Assembly: GCA_964460215.1 (NCBI GenBank)
Contig: CAYWQM010000007.1
Coordinates: forward strand, 11,221 to 75,220
Source: an uncultured Lentisphaerales bacterium
GTDB lineage: Bacteria > Verrucomicrobiota > Lentisphaeria > JABSQK01 > CAJWLW01
Length of the DNA stretch: 64,000 nucleotides
Direction of reading: 5' to 3'
The translations under genes and the position numbers were made by a program. Under the pieces are notes generated by a model. The model saw only the letters and a list, made by a program, of their open reading frames with translations. It was not told the DNA's origin and searched no databases. Shown piece by piece: positions 27,859-38,087 of the stretch (positions are counted from its first letter, which is position 1; the number at the start of each line of letters is the position of its first letter).

Positions 27859-28500
27859 CTATTGGCCGCCAGCGCGGAAGGTCAGCATACGCCAGGCGGT
27901 GGTCGCGGCAATGCGCAGATCCAGCCAAAGCGACCAGTTGCGGATGTACCAGACATCCAGATCGACCCGGCAACGCATGTGCGCCATGTCGGAACCGCCG
28001 CGAAAACCGTTGATCGCAGCCCACCCCGTAATACCGGGTATGACGAGCAGGCGCTGGCGATAGTACGGGATATGCTCCGGCAACAGTTCGTCCTCACCCA
28101 GCATGTGTGGACGCGGGCCGACGACGGACATATCGCCTTTCAGCACGTTGATGAATTGCGGCAGCTCATCGAGGTTACTGGTGCGCAGAAAGCGCCCGAT
28201 CCAGGTCACTCGATGGGCGCTGTCCTCCATGATTCGCGGTTTCTCCAGCTCATCCGGCGCGTACACCATCGTCCGGTATTTGTAACAGATGAACGGGCAA
28301 CCGTCCCTGCCGATGCGGATCTGCCGGAACACCGCGCGCCCCGGAGAGGTAGCACGGATCAGGATAACGAAAACCAGGTGCAGCCACCACAGGATAGTCA
28401 CCAGTGCAAAGATAGAGAAACAGATATCGACAACGCGTTTCAGCAGCCGATTGGCGGGGCGCTGCAATGGGTAGTTAAAAGGTTCGACCATGAAACGCAA
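27859..28500 (-). CDS. Bacterial sugar transferase (undecaprenyl-phosphate hexose-1-phosphate transferase, short WbaP/EpsL-like form).
   Basis: One N-terminal transmembrane helix, then the PF02397-type motifs [21 protein letters not shown] and PGITGW. Confidence 0.85.
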   Translation of the reverse strand: MRFMVEPFNYPLQRPANRLLKRVVDICFSIFALVTILWWLHLVFVILIRATSPGRAVFRQIRIGRDGCPFICYKYRTMVYAPDELEKPRIMEDSAHRVTWIGRFLRTSNLDELPQFINVLKGDMSVVGPRPHMLGEDELLPEHIPYYRQRLLVIPGITGWAAINGFRGGSDMAHMRCRVDLDVWYIRNWSLWLDLRIAATTAWRMLTFRAGGQ

Positions 28501-29463
28501 TCAATCCCGGCGTGCCGCCGCAAGTACGTCGCGGGCCAGCAGCGGCGCAAACCGCCCGGCACCATCGCGGTTGAGATGTGAGGTGTTATAGAAATTCAGA
28601 CGGTCCCGGCAGAGCGGATCGTCGTCGTACGAGAGAAACGTCTGGCCGGTCGCCGTCACAGTCTCCCGGTAATAGCTGACGACCTGGTGGCGCCAGGGGC
28701 TGTACTCGAGCACGGCGTGATACTCGGGCGTTAAATAGACAATTACCGGAATACCTTTGTTCCGTGCCAGCTCCAGCATGCGTTCGAAATATTCCGCACG
28801 CATTGTACTCCAGGCGTAAGAGGGATAATCATCGGCAGCGGCAAGGGCTTCGAGCTCCGCCTGGTTAAATGCCTGATTGCGCAGGCTCGAACCGTAGACA
28901 TCGAATTCCGGCTGGCGACCGGCTATCACATGCACGACGTTCGGAACCCCGATCTGGGTGTTGAATTCGGCATACTTGAGAAACGGCACATACTTCCAGG
29001 CAGCCAGTCGCCCTCCCCGTCGCTCGGCGACTACCTCAGCCACCACCGGCTTGTCCAGGTAAGGCAGGTGAAGGTATTCATGAAACGGATAACCATAGGC
29101 GTTCTCGTCGAGGCCCCAGGCAGCGACCTGGAGAATGATCGTACCAACATCGTTGGATTCAAGAAATGCCGCCAGCACCATGTATTGCTCTGGGTAAGCA
29201 GTTCCGTCGAGCCCCAGGTTGATGACCGATCCGTCCAGCCCATCAGAAAGTGCTTTGCCGTCGAGGCCAGCATAGGCCGCCGACGAACCGACGAACGCAT
29301 AATCAAATGCCCCCGCATGGCTATAGATCCAATTGACCTTCACCGATTGGTCTATTGGCACCAGTCGATCAAGCATGATGCTCTCAAGCTGGAAAACTGC
29401 CAGCATGATAGCGACAAACGCAAGACTGCAAAAAAATGGATTTGAGAGTCGATTCATGAACAT
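28501..29463 (-). CDS. Putative SGNH-hydrolase-like partner of the MBOAT acyltransferase (AlgJ/AlgX/DltD-like).
   Basis: It has an N-terminal signal or anchor sequence. There is no strong motif apart from a C-terminal YNTSHLN segment. It lies immediately downstream of an MBOAT gene, as in alginate, cellulose and teichoic acid O-acylation systems. Confidence 0.35.
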   Translation of the reverse strand: MFMNRLSNPFFCSLAFVAIMLAVFQLESIMLDRLVPIDQSVKVNWIYSHAGAFDYAFVGSSAAYAGLDGKALSDGLDGSVINLGLDGTAYPEQYMVLAAFLESNDVGTIILQVAAWGLDENAYGYPFHEYLHLPYLDKPVVAEVVAERRGGRLAAWKYVPFLKYAEFNTQIGVPNVVHVIAGRQPEFDVYGSSLRNQAFNQAELEALAAADDYPSYAWSTMRAEYFERMLELARNKGIPVIVYLTPEYHAVLEYSPWRHQVVSYYRETVTATGQTFLSYDDDPLCRDRLNFYNTSHLNRDGAGRFAPLLARDVLAAARRD

Positions 29464-30938
29464 CAGAACTGGAAGTAGATGAATTGTCTGGGATTCTGAA
29501 AGATACCGAAATTCGCAATCACCAGGATCAGAATAATGTACGCCAACCAGCGCAAACAGGTCGGGGCGGCCAATGCACGCACCTGCAGACGATCAAACAT
29601 CTGCAGGGTATGCCCCAGTTCGAGAATGACCAGCCCTGCGGCGACCGCAACGAGATGGGTGCGCGACAGCCCGAAAACTTCGTTCAGCAGACCCGGCTGG
29701 GTCAGGCATTCAGCGACCGTACAAAGCCCTTCCATTCGAAAAATATTGCATAGGATCGCCGCGGCATCCGAAATTGAATCCGCTCGGAAAAATACCCAGG
29801 CCAGGCACACCAGGTTAAAGGTTACGACCACCCCGAGTACCCGCTGCAGCCGCGGCAGCCGGTCGAGACCGACAGCGGCAGCACATCGATGACGCCACCC
29901 AGCGGTCAGACCGCCGAAAACCATATAAAGCCCATGCAGCAACCCCCACACTAAAAATTTCCAGTGGGCACCGTGCCAGATGGCGCTGACTGCGAAGACC
30001 AGGAGCAGATTGATATGCAGCCGCAACTTTCGGACGCGGCTGCCGCCCAGCGGGATATAGACATAATCCCGGAACCAGCTCGACAATGATATGTGCCAGC
30101 GGCGCCAGAATTCCGGGATAGACCGCGCATAGTACGGTTGCCGAAAATTCTGCATGAGATCAATACCCATGATCTTTGCAGTGCCAATTGCGATGTTCGA
30201 GTAACCGGCGAAATCGCAGTAGATCTGGAACGCGAAGGCGTAGGTTCCGATCAGTAATACGGCGCCGCCGGTCTGTTGCGGGTCGGTGTAGACGTGATCG
30301 ACTACCATCGCCATGCGGTCAGCGATGACCAGCTTTTGGAAGAACCCCCAGAGCATCAGGACCAGGCCGGTCTTGAGGCGGTCGAAGTCGAAGTTCTGAA
30401 CCACCCGCAACTGCGGCAGGAGGCGAGTCGAACGTTCGATCGGCCCGGCTACGAGTTGCGGAAAATAGGCAACGTACAGGGCAAATATGCCGAGGTGCAT
30501 TTCGGGGTCACGCTTGCCGCGATACACATCGATCGTGTAGCTGAGCGTCTGAAACGTATAAAACGAAATGCCGACCGGCAACAGTACGTCCAGTGCCGGC
30601 ACGCTGTACGTCAGATCGAAATTGCCGAATGCCGCCCGCACCGAAGCACTGACGAAATTGAAGTACTTGAAGGCAAACAGCAAGCCCAAGTTGACTGTCA
30701 GGCTGAGGCAAAGAAGAAACGTGCGACGACCGGCAACGGCTCTGGCCATGCATCTGGCAACAACGTAGTCGACGAGTGTCGACACCACGATCAGCGCCAG
30801 ATACTCGATTTTCCAGCAAGCATAGAAATAATAACTGGCAGCCAACAGCCACGTCCAGCGCCAGCGGCCGGGTGTGGCGAAATAAATGATCACCACACAA
30901 GGTAGAAACACAGCGAAGTGCAGCGAATTGAAGAGCAT
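29463..30938 (-). CDS. MBOAT-family membrane-bound O-acyltransferase (AlgI/DltB-like).
   Basis: It is a multi-transmembrane protein. The conserved histidine region WRRWHISLSSWFRDYVYIPLGG and AIWHG are present. Confidence 0.85.
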   Translation of the reverse strand: MLFNSLHFAVFLPCVVIIYFATPGRWRWTWLLAASYYFYACWKIEYLALIVVSTLVDYVVARCMARAVAGRRTFLLCLSLTVNLGLLFAFKYFNFVSASVRAAFGNFDLTYSVPALDVLLPVGISFYTFQTLSYTIDVYRGKRDPEMHLGIFALYVAYFPQLVAGPIERSTRLLPQLRVVQNFDFDRLKTGLVLMLWGFFQKLVIADRMAMVVDHVYTDPQQTGGAVLLIGTYAFAFQIYCDFAGYSNIAIGTAKIMGIDLMQNFRQPYYARSIPEFWRRWHISLSSWFRDYVYIPLGGSRVRKLRLHINLLLVFAVSAIWHGAHWKFLVWGLLHGLYMVFGGLTAGWRHRCAAAVGLDRLPRLQRVLGVVVTFNLVCLAWVFFRADSISDAAAILCNIFRMEGLCTVAECLTQPGLLNEVFGLSRTHLVAVAAGLVILELGHTLQMFDRLQVRALAAPTCLRWLAYIILILVIANFGIFQNPRQFIYFQF

Positions 30939-31004
30939 TGGTGCTCCACTGTCTGCCGGCTGTCAGTGCCGGCTGTGCTCGTGCTGCTTCGACATTAATC
31001 GACT

Positions 31005-33290
31005 TCAGAAATTGAAGCCGAAATCGAAGTGCAACCGACCGCCGCTGGAGAGGTGATCCTGATCCCTCACCACCGGGAAACCGTAATCGAGACGGATCCC
31101 ACCGATCGGCAGCATCAGACGCACACCGGAACCAACACCGACGTTGTAGTCGCCGAAGCGGTCGAATGAGTCTTCCCAGACATTGCCGGCATCAGCGAAC
31201 AGTGCCCAGAAAATCGTTTTCTCAAAAACCGGCGTCGTGAACTCAGCCGTAGTCAGGAACAGCGACTTGCCGCCAATCGGTTCCTCATTCATCGGATCAA
31301 CCGGGCCGACATCACGCTCGCGAAAGCCGCGCAACGTATTGGAGCCACCGGCGAAATAACGGTCCCAAACGTGGGCATCGTCACCGCTGGCCTCATTAAC
31401 GGCGGCGGCACGGCCGGAAAGCTTGAACACGCTTTCCTTGAATACCGGCCAATACTTGTCTACCTCGACATCGATTTTAGTCAGATTGATATAGCTGCCG
31501 ATGCTCTCGGCCTGCAGCTCGCCACTGATCGCCAGGCGCGAACCGCTGCTGGTCAGCACAAGCCGGTCACGCTGGTCACGAACGAACCCCAATGTCACAG
31601 CACTGATCATCTCTGCACCTGTTTCGGAAGCAACGAACTCGGCGCTGAAGTCGTCGTCGAAATCGACCGTCTCCGTGTCCTCCAAGCGGTAGCCCACATA
31701 GTGCCTCCAGAACGGGGCCTTCATCTTCCGCGTCACACGGAAAGAGGTCCCCGTCGATTTCTGTGTGAACCCAACGTTCCTCGAAGACTCGCGCTTCCAA
31801 AGGTTATAATCGAGGCGCAACTGCTTGTGAAACAGCCACGGCTCGGTGAACGCCAGGTTGAAGTTCTGCCGGTCCGCCCCCGCCTGCAGCCGCAGTTGGA
31901 GTTTCTGTCCGCCGCCACGGAATGCCGGTGGATCATTCAGGTCGAAGTTCGCCTGTGACATCTCAATCAAGCCAATCACACTGTCGGCACTGGAAATGCC
32001 GGCACCGAAACTCAAACGCCCAGTGACCTGTTCCTTCACTTTGATTTCCAGGTCTTTCAGGTCCGGGTTGTCGGTAGAACGCGGATTTATCTCGACTGAT
32101 TCAAAGTAGCCGAGACCGATCAGCCGCTTTTTGCTGATCGCGATCTTGCCACCGTCTGCGAGGTCTCGCGGATGGATCTGCAGTTCCCGACGGATAACAT
32201 GATCTTTGGTAGTGCGGTTGCCGGTGATGTTAATGTCGTTGATGCGGCTGGCTCGACCTTCGCGAATCGCATAGGTGATGTTGACGATTTTGCCGGTCCG
32301 GTCAAAGTCACGGTCGGCATACACCCGGTTGTCGAGATGCCCCATGCTGTTGTACTTGGCCTCGATCCGCCTGATGTCGGCGATCTCGCCTGACTTGCTG
32401 TAGACCTGATTGGACTCCAGCTCGACCAATGCCGCCAGCTCCTCGCTGCTGACGATCTGGTTGCCGTCCATCGACACAGTACCGACCTTGAACGGCACGC
32501 CTTCGGAGAGGAACAGCGTCAGAAGCACTACCGCAGAGCGCTTGTCCACAGCCTTGTCGACCTTATCGACTTTGAAATCGAGATAGCCCTTTTCCCAGTA
32601 CAACGTCTCCAGTTTCTCCAGGTCGTTCTTGAACTCTTCCTCGTTGTAGAAACCGGTCGGAAAAAGATAGCCCCAAACGGATACACCTGTGTCCATCACG
32701 CGCTTCAGCTTCCAAGTGCCGTAAACGTTGTTTCCCTTGATGTGCAGCCGCCGCGTTTTGAAGCGGACACTTTCGCTAATCAGGTATTCCACCATCACAT
32801 CGTTGGTGCCGGGGATGTCTTTGACGTTCTGCTTGACGTCGACATCGTGGAAGCCCTTGCTGTGGTAAAGCTTGATCAGTGATCGCTGGTCTTCACCCAG
32901 GATACCGCCACTCATCGGATCGCCCACCCGGCTCTCGCTGGTCTTCCGCAACAAGCGCGTCTTCAGCGAGTCATTACCCTTGAAGTTAATCTGGGCAATC
33001 CGCTGGCGCGGCCGCAGTTTGAACGTGATGTCCACCTTGCCATCGCCGGCCGGGTCGACCTGGGCCTCGACGTCGGCAAACTGGCCCGTCTTCATCAGGC
33101 GTTTGATATCTTCCGACAGGCGCTTCTGGGAAAACGCCGCGCCATCATCCAGCACGATATTCGCCCGGACCACGTCCTCCGGAACATCCTGATTCGTCAG
33201 CGATTCAATCACGATCTTATTGATGACATCGCCATACGCACCAACGACGGTGCAGAGAATTACCAGAATAAATAGGCGGGTCTTATTCAT
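31005..33290 (-). CDS. bamA: Outer membrane protein assembly factor BamA (Omp85).
   Basis: A signal peptide, repeated POTRA domains and a C-terminal Omp85 beta-barrel ending in ...HFDFGFNF. Confidence 0.9.
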   Translation of the reverse strand: MNKTRLFILVILCTVVGAYGDVINKIVIESLTNQDVPEDVVRANIVLDDGAAFSQKRLSEDIKRLMKTGQFADVEAQVDPAGDGKVDITFKLRPRQRIAQINFKGNDSLKTRLLRKTSESRVGDPMSGGILGEDQRSLIKLYHSKGFHDVDVKQNVKDIPGTNDVMVEYLISESVRFKTRRLHIKGNNVYGTWKLKRVMDTGVSVWGYLFPTGFYNEEEFKNDLEKLETLYWEKGYLDFKVDKVDKAVDKRSAVVLLTLFLSEGVPFKVGTVSMDGNQIVSSEELAALVELESNQVYSKSGEIADIRRIEAKYNSMGHLDNRVYADRDFDRTGKIVNITYAIREGRASRINDINITGNRTTKDHVIRRELQIHPRDLADGGKIAISKKRLIGLGYFESVEINPRSTDNPDLKDLEIKVKEQVTGRLSFGAGISSADSVIGLIEMSQANFDLNDPPAFRGGGQKLQLRLQAGADRQNFNLAFTEPWLFHKQLRLDYNLWKRESSRNVGFTQKSTGTSFRVTRKMKAPFWRHYVGYRLEDTETVDFDDDFSAEFVASETGAEMISAVTLGFVRDQRDRLVLTSSGSRLAISGELQAESIGSYINLTKIDVEVDKYWPVFKESVFKLSGRAAAVNEASGDDAHVWDRYFAGGSNTLRGFRERDVGPVDPMNEEPIGGKSLFLTTAEFTTPVFEKTIFWALFADAGNVWEDSFDRFGDYNVGVGSGVRLMLPIGGIRLDYGFPVVRDQDHLSSGGRLHFDFGFNF

Positions 33291-33560
33291 GAACGATTTT
33301 CCCCAAAGTTCAGATTCGATTGGTGTTGGAATCTAATCCGATCCAACTGTCCCAGAGCCACTACCGGTCGCCATCGCAATAGTTCACTATCGCCCGACGC
33401 AGGAACCCGGATACTTTCCTTCAAATTTCGCATTCTTCCAATCGTCGCAGTAGGCAATCTTTATACTTGCTCAGCAACAGGAATAATCGAACAGCCGCTG
33501 CTAACTTGCAGTCTTGGCGGCGCGTTGTCGCCACTAAACCCGAACTAGGACGCAAAAAAC

Positions 33561-35597
33561 GTGAACTGGCAAATCGGTATCGACACGGGCGGCACCTTCA
33601 CAGATGTTGTCGCGATCAATACCTCTACGGGTGATCTGCGGCTGCATAAGGTGCACAGCACCCCGGCGCAACCTGCCCAGGCGGTCATCGACAGCGTCCT
33701 GGCGATCGCCGACCATGCCGGTTTCGGGCTCGACGATATCGCTCTCATCGTTCACGGCAGCACCGTGGCAACCAACGTTGTACTCACACGTACCGGTGCC
33801 GCCATGGCAATGGTTACCACCAAAGGCTTTCGCGACGTGCTCCTGATCCGCCGCCAGAACCGGCCAGAACTCTACAATCTGCGTTCGCGCCGGCCTCCGG
33901 CACTGCTGCCACGCGCCAATATCCTCGAAATCCCCGAACGCACACTGTCCGACGGCACAATCAATCTGCCGTTGCAGGACGCCGATATCGCCGCCCTGGC
34001 CGATCAAATCCGCACACTCGACGTCGAGGCGGTTGTCGTCGGACTGCTCAATAGCTATGTCAACCCGGCTCACGAGCTTGCCATCGGTGAACGGCTGCAG
34101 GGGCTGCTGCCGAATGTAAGTATCTGCCTGTCACACCAGATCAGCCGCAGCCAGGGCGAGTTCGAGCGCTTCAGCACCACGGTATTGAACGGGTACATCC
34201 AGCCCGTTGTCAGCAGCTACCTGGGCCACCTGGAAGAGCAGCTGCGGGCGCATGAGATCACCGCACCGCTATTTATGATGAAATCGAACGGCGGCGTCTC
34301 GGCTGCCAGCGTCCTCGCGGAGCGGAGCGTCGAAATGCTGTTGTCCGGCCCGGCGGGTGGCGTCGTCGCCGGCTGTGCCCTGGCCAGGCAGCACAGCAGT
34401 GAACACCTTATCACCGCCGACATGGGTGGTACCAGTTTCGATGTCGCGATGATCTACGACGGTGCCGGTGTTTTTACCCAGGAACGCATGTTCGCCGACC
34501 AAACGATCCGCTTGCCGATGATGGACATCGACACCATCGGCGCCGGCGGCGGCAGCATCGGCTGGGTCGACGCGGGGGGCGCCTTGCGCGTCGGACCCCA
34601 ATCTGCCGGCGCGGCGCCAGGCCCCGCCTGTTACAGCCGCGGCGGCACGCAACCAACGGTGACCGATGCGAACCTGGTCCTTGGACGGCTGGCCACGCGA
34701 TCCGCTATGGCCGGTGGTTTCGAACTCGATGTCGCCGCCGCCCGCCAGGCAATCGACACACTCGCCACTGCCCTGGACATGAGCATAGAAGAGACCGCCG
34801 AGGGGATGCTCCACGTAGTCAATGCCGCCATGACCAGTGCCATCCGCCGCCTCACCGTCGAACGCGGCCACGACCCGGCAAATTTTTCCCTCTGCCCCTG
34901 CGGTGGTGCCGGTCCGTTGCATGGTGCCGAGCTCGGCCGCGAAATAGGCATGTGCGAAGTCGTTGTGCCCGCAATGCCAGGTGTTTTTTCAGCCGCCGGC
35001 CTGCTGCTTTCCGAACTGCGCGAGGAACAGATCCACTGCCGCCTCGATCTGCTGACCGAGATGCTGTCCGGCCTTCCGGAAATCTTCGACGAACTGCTGC
35101 AGGAGCCAACCAATCGCCTGCTGGCCAGCGGCGGCGCCACTGAACGAATGCGTGTCATCCGTCGCCTGCGCCTGCGCTATCTCGGCCAGGGCCACGACCT
35201 CGCCGTCAACCTGACCGATGGACCACTGCAGCAAGATGCGATCGAGCATGACTTTCACCGGCGCCACAGGCGCGCCTACGGCTACGACTTCGAGGGCGAC
35301 CCGGTGGAGGTCGTCGCCGCCTGGGTTTCAGTCTCGGTCGATCTGCAGGATCCCACAGCAGCAACCTGGCCCGAAAAGCCGGTGCCCACGCCGGCGTCAC
35401 GACGATCCGTGATCTTCGACGGCATCGCCCATGACACGCCGGTGTACGAGCGCCCCGACCTGGGTGCAGGTTACGCCAACAGCGGTCCGGCCATCATCGA
35501 ACAGGCGGATACGACGATCATCGTCCTGCCGGACATGGCGTTCCGCGTGGACGCCGGCGGACAGGTCATTCTACAGACGGGTGAAATCCATGCCTGA
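33561..35597 (+). CDS. Hydantoinase/oxoprolinase family protein, subunit A (HyuA-like).
   Basis: The N-terminus IGIDTGGTFTDVV and the ASKHA-fold hydantoinase A architecture. It is paired with a B subunit. Confidence 0.85.
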   Translation: MNWQIGIDTGGTFTDVVAINTSTGDLRLHKVHSTPAQPAQAVIDSVLAIADHAGFGLDDIALIVHGSTVATNVVLTRTGAAMAMVTTKGFRDVLLIRRQNRPELYNLRSRRPPALLPRANILEIPERTLSDGTINLPLQDADIAALADQIRTLDVEAVVVGLLNSYVNPAHELAIGERLQGLLPNVSICLSHQISRSQGEFERFSTTVLNGYIQPVVSSYLGHLEEQLRAHEITAPLFMMKSNGGVSAASVLAERSVEMLLSGPAGGVVAGCALARQHSSEHLITADMGGTSFDVAMIYDGAGVFTQERMFADQTIRLPMMDIDTIGAGGGSIGWVDAGGALRVGPQSAGAAPGPACYSRGGTQPTVTDANLVLGRLATRSAMAGGFELDVAAARQAIDTLATALDMSIEETAEGMLHVVNAAMTSAIRRLTVERGHDPANFSLCPCGGAGPLHGAELGREIGMCEVVVPAMPGVFSAAGLLLSELREEQIHCRLDLLTEMLSGLPEIFDELLQEPTNRLLASGGATERMRVIRRLRLRYLGQGHDLAVNLTDGPLQQDAIEHDFHRRHRRAYGYDFEGDPVEVVAAWVSVSVDLQDPTAATWPEKPVPTPASRRSVIFDGIAHDTPVYERPDLGAGYANSGPAIIEQADTTIIVLPDMAFRVDAGGQVILQTGEIHA

Positions 35598-37233
35598 GCC
35601 GATCAACCCTGTAACGCTCGAGATCATGCGCAACCGCTGGCGCGGCGTCGCCGAAGAAGCGTGTGCCGCAATGATCCGCTCGAGTTATTCACCGAATATC
35701 CGCGACCGTTTCGATTGTTCCACGGCGCTGGCGACGTTGGACGGAGAGATCGTCGCGCAGGCGGAAGTCGGCACGCCACTGCATCTCGGCATCATGCCGG
35801 CAATATTCCGTAGCATCCTGCAAAAATTCCCCGTCGACAGGATGCGACCGGGCGACGCGATCATCACCAACCTGCCCTACCCCGAGGGTCCCGGTCATTT
35901 GCCGGATCTGTCGATGGTCTCGCCAGTTTACCACGGTACCGATGCGGTCGCTTTGGTGGCGACAACTTCCCATCACGTCGACATGGGCGGGTTCGCTCCC
36001 GGCAGCATGCCCTTTGGGGTTACCGAGATCTACCAGGAAGGTTTGCAGATTCCGCCGACACGTATTTTCGACGGCGGCGAATTCGTTCAGCCAATCTACG
36101 AAATCATCAATCAGAACGTCCGTACGCAACGTGAGGTACGCGGCGACCTGATGGCCCAGTGGGCGGCCGCAGAAACCGGGCAGCGGCGGGTCGCTGAAAT
36201 GTTTTCGCGTCACGGCCACGAAAAGACCAGGCACTACATGGACGCCGTACTCGAGCATGCCGAAAAGAGCATGCGCGCCGGCATCGCCGCTATGCCGGAC
36301 GGGGTATACGCGTTCACAGACTACCTCGATGACGACGGTTTCACCGATGATCCCGTGACCATCACGGCGACAGTGACAATCGACGGAGATTCCCTGGCCG
36401 TCGACTTCACCGGTTCGTCGCCGCAGGTCGCAGGGCCGCTCAACGCCCGGCTCACAGCCGCTCGCGCCTGCGTGTACTACGTCGCCAAAGCCCTGGTCGA
36501 CCCCGACCTGCCAAGCTGTGCCGGGGCGCACCGCCCCATCTCCGTGACAGCCCCGGAAGGCTGTATCCTGCAGGCCCGCTTTCCCGCCGCCATCGGCAAC
36601 GCCAATATCCTGACAGACCAGCGGGTTGTCGATACCCTGCTGGGCGCTTTCTACCAAGTCGTGCCCGAGCGCGTATGTGCCGCCTGCAGCAGCGAGATGA
36701 ACCTGATCAATCTCGGTGGTATCGACCCGGTAACCGGCGAATACTACAACCTGGTCGAAACCGTCGGCGGCGGTCAGGGCGCACAGATCGGGCTGGACGG
36801 TTCCGATGGTATGCAGAACCACCTGACCAACACGCAGAATACGCCGATAGAAGTGATCGAGCGCCAATACCCCGTGCGTCTGCAAAGCTACGAGCTGATC
36901 GCCGACAGTTGTGGAATCGGTGAATTTCGCGGCGGTTGCGGAATCCGTAGAGAATTCCTCTTCCTCGGCGATCGCGCCATGTTGACGATCGGCGCCGATC
37001 GGCGCAAGTTTGTACCATGGGGACTGGAAGGCGGCGGTAATGCCCGCGGCGCGTACGCCCACGTAACCGGCAGCGACGGTACGATCCGCGAGTTGCCGAC
37101 GAAAGTCAACACGACATTGAATCATGGTGATGTCCTGAGCATTGAGACGCCAGGCGGCGGTGCCTGGGGGCCTTTGAAAAAGCGCGATCCGGCCGCTGTC
37201 CAGACCGACCTGCGCGATGGGTACATCACTTGA
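35590..37233 (+). CDS. Hydantoinase/oxoprolinase family protein, subunit B (HyuB-like).
   Basis: It shows the hydantoinase B family pattern and a start MPEPINPVTLEIM. The first 8 nt overlap the hyuA-like stop. Confidence 0.85.
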   Translation: MPEPINPVTLEIMRNRWRGVAEEACAAMIRSSYSPNIRDRFDCSTALATLDGEIVAQAEVGTPLHLGIMPAIFRSILQKFPVDRMRPGDAIITNLPYPEGPGHLPDLSMVSPVYHGTDAVALVATTSHHVDMGGFAPGSMPFGVTEIYQEGLQIPPTRIFDGGEFVQPIYEIINQNVRTQREVRGDLMAQWAAAETGQRRVAEMFSRHGHEKTRHYMDAVLEHAEKSMRAGIAAMPDGVYAFTDYLDDDGFTDDPVTITATVTIDGDSLAVDFTGSSPQVAGPLNARLTAARACVYYVAKALVDPDLPSCAGAHRPISVTAPEGCILQARFPAAIGNANILTDQRVVDTLLGAFYQVVPERVCAACSSEMNLINLGGIDPVTGEYYNLVETVGGGQGAQIGLDGSDGMQNHLTNTQNTPIEVIERQYPVRLQSYELIADSCGIGEFRGGCGIRREFLFLGDRAMLTIGADRRKFVPWGLEGGGNARGAYAHVTGSDGTIRELPTKVNTTLNHGDVLSIETPGGGAWGPLKKRDPAAVQTDLRDGYIT

Positions 37234-37255
37234 AAACTTTAATGGAGGTCGCGAT

Positions 37256-38071
37256 ATGGGACGCTTGGACGGACAGGTAGCCTGGGTGACAGGCGCAGCA
37301 TCGGGTATAGGTAAAGCAATCGCCGTGACGTTCGCAACAGAAGGCGCGAAGGTTGCCGCACTCGACATTGATGCCGAGCTCGGTGAGCCGATCGTCAAAG
37401 AAATCAACGACAACGGCGGCAAGGCGATTTTCATCAAATGCGATGTCGCCCGGGAAGCGGAGGTACAAGAGGCGCTCGAACAAACGGCAGCAACGTTCAA
37501 CGGGCTCGATATCCTTGCCAACAATGCCGGGATCGTCCAGGTCGGCCCGCTCGACGAGTGTACGGAAGAAGCGTGGGACAGGCTCATGGGAATCAACGTC
37601 AAGTCGATCTTCTTCTCGCTCAAGCACGCCATGCCGCACCTGCGGAAAAACGACCGCAGCTACGTCGTCAATATCGGGTCTATCAGCAGTTTCGTAGGTC
37701 AAGGCTCAACCCCCGGTTACACGACATCCAAACACGCCGTGCTCGGGCTCAGCCGATCAATCGCGCTCGACTACGCGGCCGACGGTATCCGTTGCAACTG
37801 CATCTGCCCAGGCATTACGGAGACTCCCTTGCTGCACTATCACCTGAACAAGACGCCCGACCCGGAAGGCGCTCTGGCGACACGGTTGCGACGTGTACCG
37901 ATGGGCATCGCACTGGCCCCGGAAGACATCGCCAAAGCCGCTGTCTATTTTGCCTGCGAAGATTCGGCAGGGATCACCGGCACTTCGCTCGTCGTCGACT
38001 GCGGCTACACTACGGCAGCGGAATGGGACACCGATGGCCGGACGAAATTCATGGATTCGCAGAGCGAGTAA
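37256..38071 (+). CDS. Short-chain dehydrogenase/reductase (SDR).
   Basis: TGAASGIGKA is the NAD(P)-binding motif, NNAG is present, and the catalytic Y-x3-K is in YTTSK. A GGAGGT ribosome-binding site lies 7 nt upstream of the ATG. Confidence 0.85.
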   Translation: MGRLDGQVAWVTGAASGIGKAIAVTFATEGAKVAALDIDAELGEPIVKEINDNGGKAIFIKCDVAREAEVQEALEQTAATFNGLDILANNAGIVQVGPLDECTEEAWDRLMGINVKSIFFSLKHAMPHLRKNDRSYVVNIGSISSFVGQGSTPGYTTSKHAVLGLSRSIALDYAADGIRCNCICPGITETPLLHYHLNKTPDPEGALATRLRRVPMGIALAPEDIAKAAVYFACEDSAGITGTSLVVDCGYTTAAEWDTDGRTKFMDSQSE

Positions 38072-38087
38072 TTCCGTCTAAGCAGGG

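Noticed and set aside
35689-37632. A 647-aa minus-strand ORF antisense to the hydantoinase B gene.
   Set aside because: It lies entirely inside a well-supported plus-strand gene. It has no recognisable motifs. Long antisense ORFs are expected in GC-rich DNA.
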